DNA of 64,000 nt from Mediterranea massiliensis (GCA_958402075.1 CATXSD010000002.1:8273-72272), one strand, 5' to 3'. Shown: positions 39,083-49,429, counted from the stretch's first letter. Notes: generated by a model from the sequence alone, not told the origin. Made by a program: numbers and translations.

Positions 39083-40408
39083 TTACAAGCCGCTGAAGTC
39101 CACACCTTCAAACAGCAGCGAAGGAATGCGCCACGACGAAGACAGACGAGGATCATTCCCTACGGCCGCCAACGACTGCCACAGGGTCAGCATGTTGCCC
39201 GTCACATTCATTTCGTTGACCGGCTGCACCATCCGTCCGTCTTCTACCAGAAATCCTTCAATGCCATACGAGAAGTCACCCGTCGTACTGTTACAATTTC
39301 CTCCATTGAAGCCCGTTACCAGAATGCCCTTCCCGACACCAGCCAACAGTTCATCCAAACTCTTTTCACCCGGCGCCATGACCAATACAGACGGTGAACT
39401 GATGGTAGGCGGCACTCCCATTTTTTTCGAATTGTAGGTATCAATAAAATAAGTCTTCAGAATACCCTGATCGAAGATGGGACGACGTTCGGTAGCCACT
39501 CCCTCCGCATCAAAATACCCGGCACCATTGGCACCTGTCAGATGGGGTTCGTCCGTCAGTGTCAGACAATCGGCTCCGACCTTTGTATTCAACTTGTCGA
39601 GCAGGAAAGAATTGTGCTGCTGGAGAGACGAACCATACAAGGCACTGAGCAGAGGACTGAGCAGACGGCTGGAGTTCAGCGAATCGACAATCAAGGTATA
39701 CTTGCCCGAAGCAGTCTTCCTCTGACCCAGCTTTCGAAGGACGCGTTCCAAAGCCTTTTGCCCGATACCCGTTTTCTGCAACTTGTCATAAAACAGAGCG
39801 GAGTCATACCACATATCCGAAGGACGCGCCTCACCCTCTCCTTTAATGGACACACTGGCCGAGACGGAATACCAGGTAGAGCGTTCCTCTCCCTCGAAGC
39901 CATTGCTTGTCAGGCGATAAGAGGCACTCTCGCCGTCACTGAAAGACGTGTCGACCGAAATGATGCGTTCGTCCTTGCCCATCACCTCCTCGGCTGCCGC
40001 ACGGGCAATGGCCACCTTGTCGTCGGGACCTACCTTCCGTCCCTTCTCATCGAACAGTTGCAAGTCGGGCTTGCCTCCTTTATAATAACGTGAAGGGTCG
40101 GGCAAGACACGTGCCTCGTCTACCGCCAGATAGCGGGTCGATTCAATGCCGTTACGGATGAAGGTTTCGAGCTCTTTCTTGTCCAGACGGTTGGTCGAAT
40201 AGCTGCCATAGCGCCCGTCTACATAGAGATTGATGGTCAACCCGCTTTCCGAAGCCTGCTGCAGCTTGTCCATCTGTGCATTGCGCAGATCGAACGACGT
40301 ATTGGAGTTGGCATACAGCACCAGTTTGGCTGCCTGGCAACCGTTCTTCAGAGCGAAATCCAACGCCCATTGTGCCAGTTTCTTATTATTGTCTGTTATC
40401 ATAGTCAT
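39083..40408 (-). CDS. pmbA: TldE/PmbA family protein
   Basis: FDAEGV, GGNCNSTTGDFS, PVNEMNVTGN; no HExxxH; downstream of TldD. Confidence 0.9.
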   Translation of the reverse strand: MTMITDNNKKLAQWALDFALKNGCQAAKLVLYANSNTSFDLRNAQMDKLQQASESGLTINLYVDGRYGSYSTNRLDKKELETFIRNGIESTRYLAVDEARVLPDPSRYYKGGKPDLQLFDEKGRKVGPDDKVAIARAAAEEVMGKDERIISVDTSFSDGESASYRLTSNGFEGEERSTWYSVSASVSIKGEGEARPSDMWYDSALFYDKLQKTGIGQKALERVLRKLGQRKTASGKYTLIVDSLNSSRLLSPLLSALYGSSLQQHNSFLLDKLNTKVGADCLTLTDEPHLTGANGAGYFDAEGVATERRPIFDQGILKTYFIDTYNSKKMGVPPTISSPSVLVMAPGEKSLDELLAGVGKGILVTGFNGGNCNSTTGDFSYGIEGFLVEDGRMVQPVNEMNVTGNMLTLWQSLAAVGNDPRLSSSWRIPSLLFEGVDFSGL

Positions 40409-40427
40409 ACTTCCTCTTTAATCGTTT

Positions 40428-41954
40428 TTACTCTCCTCCCACTGTCAGCTTGCTGACCAGTGCCGAAGGCATACCACACGTCACAGGACAAGACTGCCCG
40501 TCCTTGCCACACGTCCACGTACTGTTGTCTATCTTCGCGTTGTCGGCCACCATCGTGATGTCGGCCAAAGCCTTCGGACCGTTGCCGATGATGTTGATGT
40601 CCTTGATGGGTTGCGTCAGCTTGCCGTCCTCGATGAGATAGCCCGACTTCACGAAAAAGGTAAAGTCGCCCGCACCGATCTGCACCTGGCCGTTGGTAAA
40701 GCTGTCCACATAGATACCCTGCTTGACCGAAGAGATGATGTCTTCTTCCTTCAGGTTGCCTGCCTCCATATAGGTGGCACGCATACGGGGGATGGGCATG
40801 TTGCGGAAGGTGTCGCGCCGCCCGTTGCCCGTGGGTTGCAGGCCGTAGTGGCGGGCGCTGATGCGGTCGTGGATGTAGCTCGTCAGAATACCGTCCTTTA
40901 CCAGATAGGTCTTCTGTCCTTCCACTCCTTCGTCGTCGAAGTTGACCGAACCGCGGTTGAAGGGGATGGTACCGTCGTCCACCACCTGGATGTGTTCGTC
41001 GCACACCTTCTTCCCCAGCATGTCGCAGAAGATGGACGTGCGCTTGCGGTTGAAGTCGGCTTCGAACGCATGCCCGATGGCCTCGTGCAACAAGATGCCC
41101 GAACCGCCGGCACCCATTACGACTGGCATTTCACCTCCCTTCGGCTTGACAGCCTGGAAGAGCAGCGAAGTCTTTTCCACGGCTTCGCGCGCCAGCATGT
41201 CGACAATGTCGTCTGTCAGGAACTCAAAGCCCTTGCGATAGGAGCGGGAAGCCACATAGTTCTCCACCCGTCCCTTGTCCTGCATGATGCAGACGGCTAT
41301 GAAGTTCACCATCGGGCGATAGTCGTAATAGCTGGTGCCTTCGGAGTTGCAGAAGAGCACATGCGAGGTGCTGTCCGACAAGACGGCCTGCACCTTCATC
41401 ACCCGCTTGTCCAGCGAGAAGATTTTTTCGTTCAGTTTCTCCAGATAAGGGATTTTCTCCTTTACGCTGACATCCTCCAGCGGCTCTACAACGGCATATC
41501 GGCTCTTGGGCAATGTCTTTTCCGTCAGAGCGGCCACGCGGGTTGACTTGCCCGACGAAGCGATGCGGGCAGCCGTGCGGGCGGCACGCAGCATCTCGTC
41601 GAGCGTAACACCCTCGACATAGGCATACCCCGTCTGGTCGCCCGACAGGACGCGCACGCCCATACCGAAGTCGATGTTGGCACTGCAATTGTTCACCTTG
41701 CCGTCCATCAGCGTGACACTATTGTTGAATGTATGTTCGAAATAAAGGTCTACATAGTCGCCTCCCTTTTCCAGCGCCGCCTGCATCACTTTCTTCAGGT
41801 CGGCCTCGGTTACGCCGAAATGGGCCATGGCTGCTTCCGTAGCCGACTGCTTGCCGGTTGGCTTCAGTTTGCCCGACGACATGGCCAGCGAAGGCAGGGT
41901 CAATGCACCCAAGGCAGCCAGGCTGCCTGTCCGTAGGAATTCTCTTCTGTCCAT
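40428..41954 (-). CDS. tldD: TldD metalloprotease with twin-arginine signal peptide
   Basis: N-terminal DRREFL; LLHEAIGHAFEAD, DDEG, TGNGR, PRM, CGKDGQ. Confidence 0.95.
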   Translation of the reverse strand: MDRREFLRTGSLAALGALTLPSLAMSSGKLKPTGKQSATEAAMAHFGVTEADLKKVMQAALEKGGDYVDLYFEHTFNNSVTLMDGKVNNCSANIDFGMGVRVLSGDQTGYAYVEGVTLDEMLRAARTAARIASSGKSTRVAALTEKTLPKSRYAVVEPLEDVSVKEKIPYLEKLNEKIFSLDKRVMKVQAVLSDSTSHVLFCNSEGTSYYDYRPMVNFIAVCIMQDKGRVENYVASRSYRKGFEFLTDDIVDMLAREAVEKTSLLFQAVKPKGGEMPVVMGAGGSGILLHEAIGHAFEADFNRKRTSIFCDMLGKKVCDEHIQVVDDGTIPFNRGSVNFDDEGVEGQKTYLVKDGILTSYIHDRISARHYGLQPTGNGRRDTFRNMPIPRMRATYMEAGNLKEEDIISSVKQGIYVDSFTNGQVQIGAGDFTFFVKSGYLIEDGKLTQPIKDINIIGNGPKALADITMVADNAKIDNSTWTCGKDGQSCPVTCGMPSALVSKLTVGGE

Positions 41955-42013
41955 TTTCTGATGATATTAGAATGTATTGTTCATGTTCTTTCTAACGAAT
42001 GTAACATCTCTGT

Positions 42014-42778
42014 TCATCCCTCGTTGGTCAGCAGCCGCTCCAGCTCTTCGGCATTGAGACGCAGGTGGAACTGCCCTTTGTAGGCCACGGAGATGGCACC
42101 CGTCTCTTCGGACACGATGATGGCATGGGCGTCTGAAACCTGCGAGATGCCCATGGCCGCCCGATGGCGCAAGCCCAGTTCCTTGGGGATGTCCAGATTG
42201 TGAGAGACGGGCAGAATACAGCCGGCCGCCTTGATGCGGTGCTTGCTGATGACCATGGCACCGTCGTGCAGGGGGCTGTTCTTGAAGAAGATGTTTTCGA
42301 TGAGCCGCTGGTTGATGTTGGCGTCTATCACGTCGCCCGTACGCACCACGTCGTCCAGCGGCATGTTGTGCTCCACCACAATCAAGGCTCCCACCTTCTG
42401 CTTGCCCATGCTGATACAGGCCATGACGATGGGCATGATGTCGTCATGCTCCAATCCGTCCTTCTTGTTGCCGGTAAAGAAGCGCACCAGCGCACTGGCA
42501 TGCTGATGCGAGCCGAGCGTCACCAGGAAGCGTCTGATTTCCTCCTGGAAAAGGACAATCAGCGCCAGCACGCCCACACTGACCAGCTTGTCGAAGATGG
42601 AGCCGAGCAGCTTCATCTCGAGTACCTGCGACACCACCAGCCAAATGAGGATGAACACCAAGATACCCGTAAAGATATGGATGGAGCCCGATGCCTTCAT
42701 CAGCTTGTAGGTGTAGTACAGCAGGAACGCCACCGACAAGATGTCTATAAAGTCTTTTATACCAAAATCGAAAAACAC
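42014..42778 (-). CDS. cdaA: Diadenylate cyclase CdaA
   Basis: Three N-terminal TMs, FQEEIRR, SPLHDGA, LGLRHRAA, VSEETG. Confidence 0.95.
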   Translation of the reverse strand: MFFDFGIKDFIDILSVAFLLYYTYKLMKASGSIHIFTGILVFILIWLVVSQVLEMKLLGSIFDKLVSVGVLALIVLFQEEIRRFLVTLGSHQHASALVRFFTGNKKDGLEHDDIMPIVMACISMGKQKVGALIVVEHNMPLDDVVRTGDVIDANINQRLIENIFFKNSPLHDGAMVISKHRIKAAGCILPVSHNLDIPKELGLRHRAAMGISQVSDAHAIIVSEETGAISVAYKGQFHLRLNAEELERLLTNEG

Positions 42779-42817
42779 GATACTACTATTATATTATTAT
42801 GATAAAAATACTAACCG

Positions 42818-43669
42818 CTACCCGTTCGCCTTCATCGCCCCGACAATCCTTACCGCCTCGACGGCCGGACGGACGTCGTGCACCCGCAGGATATCGGCTC
42901 CCTTCATCAGGGCCAGCGTATGGAGAACGGTCGTGCCGTTCAAGGCTTCCTGGGGTGTCGTGTCCAGCAGGCGGTAGATCATCGACTTGCGCGACACGCC
43001 TACCAGCAACGGCAGCTCGAAGAGTCGGAATTCCTCCAGATGGGCCATCAGCTGATAATTGTGCTCCAACGTCTTGCCGAAGCCGAAGCCGGGGTCGAGC
43101 ACGATGTCCTTCACACCCAGGTCGCGAAGCTGCTGTACCTTGCGGGCGAAATAGAGGAAGACCTCGCGCAGCAGGTTGTCGTAGTGCGGATGCTGTTGCA
43201 TGTTTTGGGGCGTTCCCTGCATGTGCATCATGATGTAGGGCACATTCAGTTCGGCCACCGTGCTGAACATGTCGGCATCCATTTCACCCGCCGCAATGTC
43301 GTTGATGATGGCCACGCCATACTCCCCCACACACATCCGCGCCACGTCCGCCCGAAAGGTGTCGACCGACACCACCGCCTCGGGAGCCGTGCGGCGCAGC
43401 ACCTCCAAGCCCATGCGCAGACGCTTCATCTCTTCCTCGGCCGACACGTGTTCGGCATTGGGGCGCGAGGAATAGGCTCCCACATCGATGATGGCCGCCC
43501 CCTCGTCTACAATCTGCCGCACGCGGGCTTCGATTTCTTCCTCCGTCTGCATGCGGCTCCCGCTATAGAAGGAGTCGGGCGTCACGTTCAGAATGCCCAT
43601 CACGCACGGTGTCGAGAGGTCGAGCAGCCGGCCGTTGACATTCAAATATTTCGTATATTCCTGGTTCAT
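42818..43669 (-). CDS. folP: Dihydropteroate synthase
   Basis: MGILNVTPDSFY, SVDTF, MHMQG, DPGFGFGK, GVSRKS, LRVHDV; TACATTTG at 43706-43699. Confidence 0.97.
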   Translation of the reverse strand: MNQEYTKYLNVNGRLLDLSTPCVMGILNVTPDSFYSGSRMQTEEEIEARVRQIVDEGAAIIDVGAYSSRPNAEHVSAEEEMKRLRMGLEVLRRTAPEAVVSVDTFRADVARMCVGEYGVAIINDIAAGEMDADMFSTVAELNVPYIMMHMQGTPQNMQQHPHYDNLLREVFLYFARKVQQLRDLGVKDIVLDPGFGFGKTLEHNYQLMAHLEEFRLFELPLLVGVSRKSMIYRLLDTTPQEALNGTTVLHTLALMKGADILRVHDVRPAVEAVRIVGAMKANG

Positions 43670-43780
43670 GGAAATCGTCTTTCTACAATTAATCCCTGCA
43701 AATGTAAACAAAAAGAAAGGCACAGCCGCACAATCCTCGCATTATTTTCAGTTTTCGCCTCCTTGTCCCCTGAAAAAAGT

Positions 43781-43846
43781 AAAGCACCGTTTTCCGAACA
43801 TCAAAGCACTGCTTTATGCCTGGGAAAGCACCGCTTTGTCTGGCGC
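43781..43846. repeat. 22-bp-period array B (AAAGCACYGYTTT core, 3 units)
   Basis: Units at 43781, 43803, 43825. Confidence 0.8.
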
Positions 43847-43932
43847 AAGGAACAGGCAGGCGCGGAGTATGCGGACAGCCCTTTGCCATCCGAACACTCC
43901 GCGCCCCAAACACAGATGCGATATAGGCCGCC

Positions 43933-44778
43933 TCAATCCTTGGCCTGATGTACCGTGAGCTGCGGGAAGGGGAAGCCGATACCTTCCTTGTTGAAGGTGT
44001 CGTAGACGAGCTCGTTCACTTCGAACAGTACATCCCAATAGTTTTCCGTCTTCGTCCAGGCACGTACCATAATGTCAACGCTGCTGGCATTCAGTGTCTT
44101 CAAGACAATCATCGGAGCGGGTGTAGTCAAGATACGCGGGTCGGCATCGATGATGCGCTGCAGGACGGCTCGCACCTTCTGCACGTCTTCGCCATACTCC
44201 ACGCCAAAGACCCACTCCAGACGGCGCGTCTCCTGCTTGTTGTAATTGGTCACGGCATTGCTGCTCAGCGAACCGTTGGGAATATAGATCATGCGGTTGT
44301 CCGTGGTGGCAATCAGCGTGTGGAAAATCTGGATTTCCTTCACCGTACCGCTTCCGCCAGGGGCGTCAATGTAGTCGCCCACCTTGAAAGGCTTGAAGAC
44401 GAGGATGATCAGTCCGCCCGCAAAGTTGGACAGGTTGCCCGACAGGGCCATACCGATGGCAACACCCGCAGAGGCCAGCAGGGCGGCGAAGCTGGTCGTC
44501 TCGACACCCAGCTTGCTGATGATGGCAAAGGCCAGTATCAGGTTCAGTACGATACTCAGCAAACTGCGCAGGAAAGTCTGCACGCTGATTTCCATCTTGC
44601 GCTTCACCATCACAGAAGTGACGAAACGCATGATGTACTTGATGATAAAGCGACCGACGATATAGATGACCAAAGCAGCCAGCAGGCTCTTGCCCAATTC
44701 GATACCATAGTTCAGCAGACGGTCCAACAATTTCTCCACGTTGATGATGGACGCGGCACTCAATAATGAAAACATCAT
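43933..44778 (-). CDS. mscS: Small-conductance mechanosensitive channel
   Basis: AGVAIGMALSGNLSNFAGG, KPFKVGD, IPNG, IGFPFPQ. Confidence 0.95.
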   Translation of the reverse strand: MMFSLLSAASIINVEKLLDRLLNYGIELGKSLLAALVIYIVGRFIIKYIMRFVTSVMVKRKMEISVQTFLRSLLSIVLNLILAFAIISKLGVETTSFAALLASAGVAIGMALSGNLSNFAGGLIILVFKPFKVGDYIDAPGGSGTVKEIQIFHTLIATTDNRMIYIPNGSLSSNAVTNYNKQETRRLEWVFGVEYGEDVQKVRAVLQRIIDADPRILTTPAPMIVLKTLNASSVDIMVRAWTKTENYWDVLFEVNELVYDTFNKEGIGFPFPQLTVHQAKD

Positions 44779-44969
44779 ACTCTACAATTTTACTTAGTTT
44801 GACTTCAAAAACGATTATTTTCTGAATTCAGGGCGAATATACAGAAAATTACATGAACAATAACGCAGAGAAAGGGAAAATGTTTACGATTATTTTTTTC
44901 ATTCTCTGATTCTCAATTCTCAATTAAAGACTACCTTTGTACCCGTCAACCACAAAAAACAGAAAAGAC

Positions 44970-46268
44970 ATGGATATTTCAACTCTCTACCAGATATTCT
45001 GCCGATGCAACGGCGTGACGACCGATAGCCGCCACTGCCCCGAAGGCTCCCTCTTCATCGCCCTGAAGGGAGACACGTTCAACGGCAACGCCTTTGCCGC
45101 CAAGGCATTGGAAAGCGGATGTGCCTACGCCGTCGTGGACGAAGCCGCATACCTCGTGCCGGGCGACAACCGCTACCTGCTGACCGACGACTGCCTGCTG
45201 ACGCTCCAACGCCTGGCCCGCCATCACCGCCGCCAGCTGGGCACACGCATCATCGGCATCACAGGCACCAACGGCAAGACCACGACCAAGGAACTGATAG
45301 CCGCCGTGCTGAGCCGTCGCTACCGCCTGCTCTACACGGAAGGCAACCTGAACAACCACATCGGCGTGCCCCTCACCCTGCTCCGCCTCAGGCCCGAACA
45401 CGAACTGGCCGTCATCGAGATGGGTGCCAGCCATCCGGGCGACATCCGCGAGCTGGTGGAGATTGCTGAGCCCGATATGGGCCTCATCACAAACGTGGGC
45501 AAGGCGCACCTCGAAGGCTTCGGATCGTTCGAAGGCGTGATGCGCACCAAGGGCGAGCTCTACGACTGGCTGCGCACGCTGCCCGCTCCCGTCGTCTTCC
45601 TGCATGCCGACAACCCCTATCTGACAAAGATGGCCGCAGGCCTGCCCCACGTGACCTACGGCGAAGGAGCCGACAACGACATCTGCGGCCGGCTGACCGG
45701 CTGCTCGCCTTTCCTCGCCTTCGAATGGAAGAAACAGGGAGAAACGGAAACGCATCACGTACAAACCCAACTGATAGGCAGCTACAACCTGCCCAATGCC
45801 CTGGCCGCAGTCACCCTTGGCACCTACTTCGACGTAGACGCCGCCCTGATAGACCAGGCTCTGACAGAATATGCGCCTCAAAACAACCGCTCGCAACTGA
45901 AACGAACGGCCGACAACACCCTCATCATCGATGCCTACAACGCCAACCCCACCAGCATGATGGCCTCGCTGACCAACTTCCGCCAGATGGAGACGGCGCA
46001 CAAGGTGGCCATATTGGGCGACATGCGCGAGCTGGGCGCCGACAGCGCCGAGGAGCATCAGAAGATTGTGGATTACCTGGAGGAATGTGGCTTCGAGCGT
46101 GTCATCCTGGTAGGTGGCCAGTTTGCCGCTACGCGCCACACCTACGAGACGTATGCCGACGCTCCCGCCCTCATCGAAGCCCTGAAGCAGCAGAAGCCCG
46201 CCGGCAAGACCATCCTCATCAAAGGATCGAACGGCGTGCGGTTGAGCAGCATCGTCGAATACTTATAA
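44970..46268 (+). CDS. murF: UDP-MurNAc-tripeptide--D-Ala-D-Ala ligase
   Basis: TTDSR, GITGTNGKTTTKE, NLNNHIGVP, EMGA, DAYNANP, LGDMRELG, KGS; TACCTTTG at 44932-44939. Confidence 0.97.
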   Translation: MDISTLYQIFCRCNGVTTDSRHCPEGSLFIALKGDTFNGNAFAAKALESGCAYAVVDEAAYLVPGDNRYLLTDDCLLTLQRLARHHRRQLGTRIIGITGTNGKTTTKELIAAVLSRRYRLLYTEGNLNNHIGVPLTLLRLRPEHELAVIEMGASHPGDIRELVEIAEPDMGLITNVGKAHLEGFGSFEGVMRTKGELYDWLRTLPAPVVFLHADNPYLTKMAAGLPHVTYGEGADNDICGRLTGCSPFLAFEWKKQGETETHHVQTQLIGSYNLPNALAAVTLGTYFDVDAALIDQALTEYAPQNNRSQLKRTADNTLIIDAYNANPTSMMASLTNFRQMETAHKVAILGDMRELGADSAEEHQKIVDYLEECGFERVILVGGQFAATRHTYETYADAPALIEALKQQKPAGKTILIKGSNGVRLSSIVEYL

Positions 46269-46649
46269 AGAGGTATGACGCCTCATCCAATACCAGCCAA
46301 TGAGCGATGCCAGCGTAGCTCCCGTGGTATTGGCGGCAAAGTCCCACCAATCGCCACCCCGATAGGTCGTACAATACGCCTGAAGCAGCTCCACCGCCCC
46401 GCTGAACAAGACAGGGCAGAGCCAGGCCCCCAACCACGCGTGCCACATCGGCACGCGTGCTTTTTTATGCGCCCGCATGAATTCCAGCCACAACATGCCC
46501 GACATGCCGAAGTACATGCACACATGCACCACCTTGTCGATGCCGGGGATGGACTCCATCTCCGTCTTGGGAGGCTTGAAGAACGACAAATAAATCACGA
46601 CCAGAATAATCAGGAGTGAAACAGGATATTTACGGATGTAATACAGCAT
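46263..46649 (-). CDS. VanZ family membrane protein
   Basis: DKVVH, ELLQ, R.GDWWDFAAN..G. Confidence 0.85.
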   Translation of the reverse strand: MLYYIRKYPVSLLIILVVIYLSFFKPPKTEMESIPGIDKVVHVCMYFGMSGMLWLEFMRAHKKARVPMWHAWLGAWLCPVLFSGAVELLQAYCTTYRGGDWWDFAANTTGATLASLIGWYWMRRHTSL

Positions 46650-46675
46650 AATCAAATATATTTCAATACGAGATG

Positions 46676-46703
46676 CAAATGTACGGAACATTTTCTATAT
46701 TTG
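46676..46703. promoter_or_regulatory. Back-to-back divergent sigma-A -7 boxes (VanZ gene / transporter)
   Basis: TACATTTG minus 46683-46676; TATATTTG plus 46696-46703. Confidence 0.6.
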
Positions 46704-46752
46704 CACAATTCAACCGGTATTAGTAACAATCTGCAAGAATAAACCACGATTT

Positions 46753-48120
46753 ATGACAAAGAACAACAGAGCAAACTTCGGAAGCAAGCTGGGCGTCATC
46801 CTGGCTTCGGCAGGATCGGCCGTAGGGCTGGGCAATATCTGGCGCTTTCCTTTTGAGACGGGCAATCACGGTGGAGCTGCCTTCATTCTTATCTATTTGG
46901 GGTGCGTCCTTTTCTTCGGCATCCCCATCATGGTAGCCGAATTTTCCATCGGACGGCATTCGCGTGCCAACACGGCAGGCGCATATCGGATACTGGCCCC
47001 CGGCACGCAGTGGCGCTGGGTGGGACGTATGGGCGTACTGGCCGGCTTCCTGATACTGGGCTACTATTCGGTCGTAGCAGGCTGGACGCTGGAATACATC
47101 ATACAGGCCGCCACAAATGCCTTTGCCGGCCAGTCGGCCAACGACTTCATCGCCTCGTTCAACGGCTTTGTATCCAATCCGTGGCGACCTGCCTTCTGGA
47201 TGATTGTCTTCATGCTGATGACCCACTTCATCATCGTGAAAGGTGTGGAACGGGGCATCGAGAAGTCGGCCAAAATCATGATGCCGATGCTTTTCATCCT
47301 GCTCATCGTCCTGGCCGTCTGCTCCATATCATTGCCGGGCGCAGGAGCCGGCATCGAATTCCTGCTGAAGCCCGACTTCAGCAAAGTGAACGGAAGCGTG
47401 CTGCTGGGTGCCATGGGGCAGGCTTTCTTCTCGCTCTCCCTGGGCATGGGGTGCCTCTGCACCTACGCCTCCTACTTCCGCAACGACACCAATCTGACCA
47501 AGACGGCACTCAACGTGGGCTGGATAGACACCATGGTGGCCATTTTGGCTGGATTCATCATCTTCCCCGCCGCCTTCTCGGTAGGCATTCAGCCCGACGC
47601 AGGCCCCAGCCTGCTGTTCATCACGCTGCCCAACGTCTTCCAGCAGGCCTTCGGCAACCTGCCCTGGCTGGCAGTCATCCTGTCCATCATGTTCTATGTT
47701 CTCCTGGCCCTGGCTGCACTGACATCGACCATCTCCCTGCACGAAGTGGTGACGGCCTACCTGCACGAGGAGTTCAACCTGACCCGCGGACGCGCCGCCA
47801 AGCTGGTGACGGCGGGCTGTACAGTGCTCGGCGTGCTCTGTTCACTCTCACTGGGTGTGGGCAAGGAACTGACGATTTTCGGCCTGACCCTGTTCGACCT
47901 GTTCGACTTCGTGACGGCCAAGATCATGCTTCCATTAGGAGGTTTCTTCATTGCCATCTTCACCGGCTGGTATCTGGACAAACGCATCGTGTGGGAAGAG
48001 GTAAGCAACAACGGCACGTTGCCGAAAGCCATCTACCGAATCTGGCTGTTCCTGTTGAAGTACATTGCCCCGATAGGCATCGGCTTCATCTTCATCAACG
48101 AACTAGGATTCTTGAAATAA
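46753..48120 (+). CDS. Sodium-dependent transporter, NSS/SNF family
   Basis: GSAVGLGNIWRFP, GQAFFSLSLG, GPSLLFITLP. Confidence 0.95.
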   Translation: MTKNNRANFGSKLGVILASAGSAVGLGNIWRFPFETGNHGGAAFILIYLGCVLFFGIPIMVAEFSIGRHSRANTAGAYRILAPGTQWRWVGRMGVLAGFLILGYYSVVAGWTLEYIIQAATNAFAGQSANDFIASFNGFVSNPWRPAFWMIVFMLMTHFIIVKGVERGIEKSAKIMMPMLFILLIVLAVCSISLPGAGAGIEFLLKPDFSKVNGSVLLGAMGQAFFSLSLGMGCLCTYASYFRNDTNLTKTALNVGWIDTMVAILAGFIIFPAAFSVGIQPDAGPSLLFITLPNVFQQAFGNLPWLAVILSIMFYVLLALAALTSTISLHEVVTAYLHEEFNLTRGRAAKLVTAGCTVLGVLCSLSLGVGKELTIFGLTLFDLFDFVTAKIMLPLGGFFIAIFTGWYLDKRIVWEEVSNNGTLPKAIYRIWLFLLKYIAPIGIGFIFINELGFLK

Positions 48121-48132
48121 GAAATACGGCTC

Positions 48133-49089
48133 ATGCGGAAGTGGTTCAGTGAATTTTTCTATTACTCCCGAGAGGAAAGACGAGGCATTCTGGTGTTACT
48201 TGCCATTTCCCTTCTCCTCTTCGTGGGAGGGGAAGTCTATGTCCACTTGAAATCGGAGGAAACCTGCTCTTCTGCTGACCTACAGAAGCAACAACAGGCG
48301 ATGGAAGAATATCAAGCCTTCGTCGCTTCCATCCGCGAAAAAGAAAAGGATAAAAAAGAGAACCACAAGTTCCGCTACACGACATGGAAAGAAGAACGTG
48401 ACACGCCTCCCATACTTGCTCCCTTCAATCCCAATACGGCCGACTCCGCCACATTCTGCCAACTGGGCCTCCCCGCCTGGATGGCTCGCAACATTCTGCG
48501 TTATCGCGAAAAGGGCGGTGTCTTCCGTCGGGTGGAGGACTTCCGCAAGATATACGGCCTGACGGAAGAACAATATGCCACCTTGCAGCCTTACATCCGC
48601 ATCCCCGCAACCGATACCACCGCCCGCCATCGCTCCCTCTTTTTGGCCGACCGACGCAAGGACAGCCTCCGGCAGGCAATGCCTCTGAAATACGCTCCCG
48701 GCACTCTGGTCGATCTGAACCGTGCCGATACCACCGAACTGAAAAAGATACCCGGCATCGGAAGCGGCATCGCACGCCTCATCAGTGGATACCGACAAAA
48801 ACTGGGCGGCTTCTACCGCCTCAGCCAGTTGGAAGAAATCAACCTCGACTACCGCCAACTGACCGACTGGTTTCGTCTCGACACCACCGCCATCCGTCGC
48901 ATCCCCGTCAACCACACCAGTGTAGACCGCCTGCGCCGCCATCCTTATCTCAACTTCTACCAAGCCAAAGCACTGGTAGAATACCGACGCAAACATGGCC
49001 CTCTGAAAAGCCTCAAACCCTTCGTTCTCTATGAGGAGTTTACACGCGAAGACTTGGAGCGGATCAATCACTACCTAAGTTTCGACTAA
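48133..49089 (+). CDS. Helix-hairpin-helix (ComEA-like) protein with N-terminal TM
   Basis: FNPNTAD, DLNRADTTELKKIPGIG, L.RHPY. Confidence 0.88.
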   Translation: MRKWFSEFFYYSREERRGILVLLAISLLLFVGGEVYVHLKSEETCSSADLQKQQQAMEEYQAFVASIREKEKDKKENHKFRYTTWKEERDTPPILAPFNPNTADSATFCQLGLPAWMARNILRYREKGGVFRRVEDFRKIYGLTEEQYATLQPYIRIPATDTTARHRSLFLADRRKDSLRQAMPLKYAPGTLVDLNRADTTELKKIPGIGSGIARLISGYRQKLGGFYRLSQLEEINLDYRQLTDWFRLDTTAIRRIPVNHTSVDRLRRHPYLNFYQAKALVEYRRKHGPLKSLKPFVLYEEFTREDLERINHYLSFD

Positions 49090-49141
49090 ATCAATAATGT
49101 TTACACGAATCAGACCGGGAGCCAAATAGTTTTTTCCTGCC

Positions 49142-49252
49142 CTCTTTCCCAGGTTTAAACCCCAAAGGGCGAATGTTTCAAACATAAGGGGTGAATGTTT
49201 CAAACATAAGGCCCCTTGGTTTCAAACATTCCCATAGGACGCCGGGAAAGAG
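49142..49252. repeat. 22-bp-period array D (ATGTTTCAAACAT core, 4 units) inside 9-bp inverted repeats
   Basis: Units at 49151 (degenerate), 49173, 49195, 49217; ctctttccc 49142-49150 / gggaaagag 49244-49252. Confidence 0.85.
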
Positions 49253-49335
49253 TTCTAAGAAGATGGAAAGGGAAATCGGACGAAGGGGATAAAGATATCT
49301 TACAAAAACAGCAAATTGGCAGAATGCTCTTAAAG

Positions 49336-49429
49336 TTCACCACAGATTACTCAGATTAACACAGACGATACTTGATAATTAAATTAACCAATCGAGTAAT
49401 CTGTGAAAATCCGGGTAATCTGTGGTGAA
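49336..49429. repeat. Long palindromic element (CACAGATT type), copy 1
   Basis: Perfect 15-bp IR ttcaccacagattac / gtaatctgtggtgaa with further internal pairing (cacaga 49360-49365 / tctgtg 49400-49405). Confidence 0.85.

Noticed and set aside
44901..44924. ATTCTCA heptamer repeats before murF, and C(C/T)TAATA repeats at 31878-31910
   Set aside because: Short, low-copy simple repeats with no support for a function
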